Source of the DNA: Vulcanimicrobiota bacterium
GTDB lineage: Bacteria; Vulcanimicrobiota; Vulcanimicrobiia; Vulcanimicrobiales; Vulcanimicrobiaceae
DNA length: 64,000 nt
Direction of reading: 5' to 3'
Assembly: GCA_963723515.1 (NCBI GenBank)
Contig: CAVRQT010000002.1
Coordinates: 736,001 to 800,000 of the forward strand
Positions 61,712 through 64,000 of this stretch are shown here, in pieces. Numbering within the stretch: position 1 is the stretch's first letter; each line of letters opens with the position of its first letter. The translations under genes and the position numbers were made by a program. Under the pieces are notes generated by a model that had not been told where the DNA came from, ran no database searches, and was given only the letters and a program-made list of their open reading frames with translations.

Positions 61712-64000
61712 CTAGCGCGTGCCGGGAAGCTTCAGCGAAGGCCGCGTCTTGATGTCCGGCTTGACGATGTTGTTTTTCTTGGCCAAATCGAGAACGAGTT
61801 CGATCGCGCGCTCCATTTGCGGATCGTTTCCGTCGCGATAATCGTGCGGCGCGATATCAACGTCGTGGTCCGGATCGGTGCCGTAATTCTCGATCCCCCA
61901 ACCGACATCGTTGAACCAGAATGACGCCTCCGGTTGCGTCGTAATCGTTCCGTCGACGAGGCGATGGTAAGGATTGATACCGATGACGCCGCCCCACGTC
62001 CGTTTTCCGATTAACGGACCGATGCCGTAGAGTTTGAAGCAATGGCTGAAGATGTCGCCGTCCGATCCGGCAAACTGGTTCGTTAAGGCGACGATGGGCC
62101 CGGCGATCGATTCGGGCGGATAGGGTTGCGTCGGCGCATAGCGCAGGACGTCATAGCCCACCCGCTTGCGCAGAAGCTTGCCTAGCAGCAACGGTGAAAC
62201 ATGGCCGCCGCGATTGTAACGCACATCGACGATCAAGCCTTCGCGATTGAACTCCGATAAGAAGCCGCGATGAAATTCCGAGAATCCCCACGGCCCCATG
62301 TCGGGGATGTGAATGTAGCCGATGCGATCGCGCGTGCGCCGGTGAACGTTGCGCCGGTTTGTTTCGACCCACGAACGGTAGCGTAAGCGCTTTTCGTCGC
62401 CGAGCGTCTTTACGGCAAAACGCCGCTCGGAAGTCTTGCCGTCCTTTAGCATGACGACGACTTCCCGTTCGGCGAGATTGACGAGCGCTTGATCCGGACC
62501 GAACTCGCGCGTCAGCCGTCTGCCGTTGATGGCAATCAAGACGTCACCTTCGGCGACGTCGGCGCCCGGTTCGGCGAGTGGAGAATCGATCTGGCGATTC
62601 CAGGAATCACCGCGCAAGATGCGCTCGATCCGATAGCCCTGCGCGCGTTCATCCCAAACAAAGTCTGCGCCGAGAAAGCCTTGCGCGTAGTGGGGCGGCT
62701 CGCCGCCAGTCGCCCCCGAATTCGTACGCGTGCGAGGTGCCGAGCTCGCCTTGCATCTCCCAAATCAGATCCGATAATTCCGCGCGCGTTCGAATGTACG
62801 GCAAGACGCGCTCGTAGCGCTCCAGGACGCGATTCCAATCGACCTCCGACATATCTTCGACCCAGAACTGTTCGCGTTGCAGTCGCCACGCCTCGCGATA
62901 CATCTGCGACCACTCTTTGGCCGGCTCGACTTCAACGCCGACGCGCTCGAGATCGATCCAGCCGCTCTTGCGCCCGGGATCAGGCGGCGGCTTCGGCTGT
63001 TCGTCGCCTTCTTCAGGCAGATCCGCGAGCGCATCGATTGCGCGCAGCCGGTCTTGCGAGCGATACAGCAGCGTCCGATCGTCTCGCGCGAGCCGAATGT
63101 CACTGACGTCGCGAGCGATCGGCGCACATCGCATCTGATCGAAGTCATAGGCGAGAAGCGTGCCGGCCTCAGGCTCCTCTTCCCAGCTTAATCCAACCGG
63201 CTCGATGCCTTTGACTTCGAATCTTGTAAAGAGCACGCGTTTGCGAGCCGCAGCAATTTCGCCGTACTGCCCTTCATCGACCGGGAAGCCGATCACGCGC
63301 CCCGTGATGCCGTCAAAGTCGATGTCAACGTGCGCCGGCTTCTTTGCTTTCTTGTCGTTGCCGGCGGCGTCGGCATGTCCGTCGTGATCGCGATGGATCG
63401 GGCGCGGCTTCGGAACGAACGGTGAGGGCACGTCTTTGCGCAGCGTCACGACGTAGGGCCGCGCAGCTTGCGGAAAGCTCAGATCGAACTGCAATGCATC
63501 GTACACCGGATTAAAGTCGCGCGTGGAGATGAAGAACAGATAATTGCCTTCCGGATCCCACGCCGGCGAGTAGTCGGTTCGCATGGGCGGCGTCACATCG
63601 TGCACGCGACCCGATTTCACTTTCGCAACGCGAATGATCGACGTGTCGACAGCTGGCCAAGAGCAGTACGCGAGATAGCGGCCGTCCGGTGAGAAAGAGA
63701 TGTCGGTGACGCGATTTGCCGGGCTCTTGTCAACGACGCGCGCATCGCCGCCCTTTGCGTCGATGAACAGCAGTTCGTGGCGGTGGTTGGCAACTGCTAT
63801 CATGTCGTCAACGGGCGAACAAGCAAGGTCCGTAATCGCGCCCGATATCGCCCTTGGTCAGCAACGCCGGCTTATCGCTTCCGTCTGCCGCATGCAGCTC
63901 GAGTTGTTCGAAGCCGTTGCGATCCGTGACGCAGATGACGTGTTTGCCGTCCGAAGTCCACTCCGTCAATCGATAGCGAGCTTTGCTTCCGGTACCGTGA
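61712..64000 (-). CDS. tricorn-like S41 protease, 3' part (frameshifts near 62680 and 63840; runs off the window)
   Basis: Propeller repeats, GELGTSH, PDZ, GYIHIPDM, DVRYNRGG, AGSDGD, GKRTWGG, IENYG..PD, DPQ. Confidence 0.93.

Overview
64 kb of GC-rich bacterial chromosome, mostly housekeeping. The mix of outer-membrane genes (LptF/G, TonB-type receptor) with Firmicute-like regulatory elements (CIRCE, L20 leader, YqzL) suggests a diderm Terrabacteria lineage such as Eremiobacterota/Vulcanimicrobiota; this is inference only. Contents in order: dcw cluster (mraZ-rsmH-ftsL-ftsI-murE-murF-[CofE-like]-mraY-murD-ftsW-murG-murC-murB-ddl, no ftsQAZ), citrate synthase, hisA, alr, CIRCE-groESL, amidohydrolase, MFS, TonB receptor-cyanophycinase-peptide SBP, korAB, amtB, CIRCE-hsp20-lon, a selD + AhpD-like pair that each have an in-frame UGA, pheST, two S9 peptidases, infC-rpmI-rplT, rocD, tag and tricorn protease. 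Many single-base frameshifts fall in essential genes and are most likely long-read or assembly errors. The most interesting signals are: (1) an F420-0:gamma-glutamyl-ligase-like gene tightly embedded between murF and mraY, a candidate peptidoglycan-precursor amide ligase; (2) two adjacent candidate selenoproteins; (3) a 170-nt rod-shaped hairpin between mraZ and rsmH with minus-strand G-U bias; (4) a covarying, self-nested REP-like family, one inverted pair of which flanks a small cargo ORF; (5) a Phe-containing YqzL-like ORF plus terminator directly ahead of pheS; (6) a 72-bp duplication bracketing the S9 peptidases. No rRNA, tRNA, CRISPR array, transposase or reverse transcriptase was recognised.
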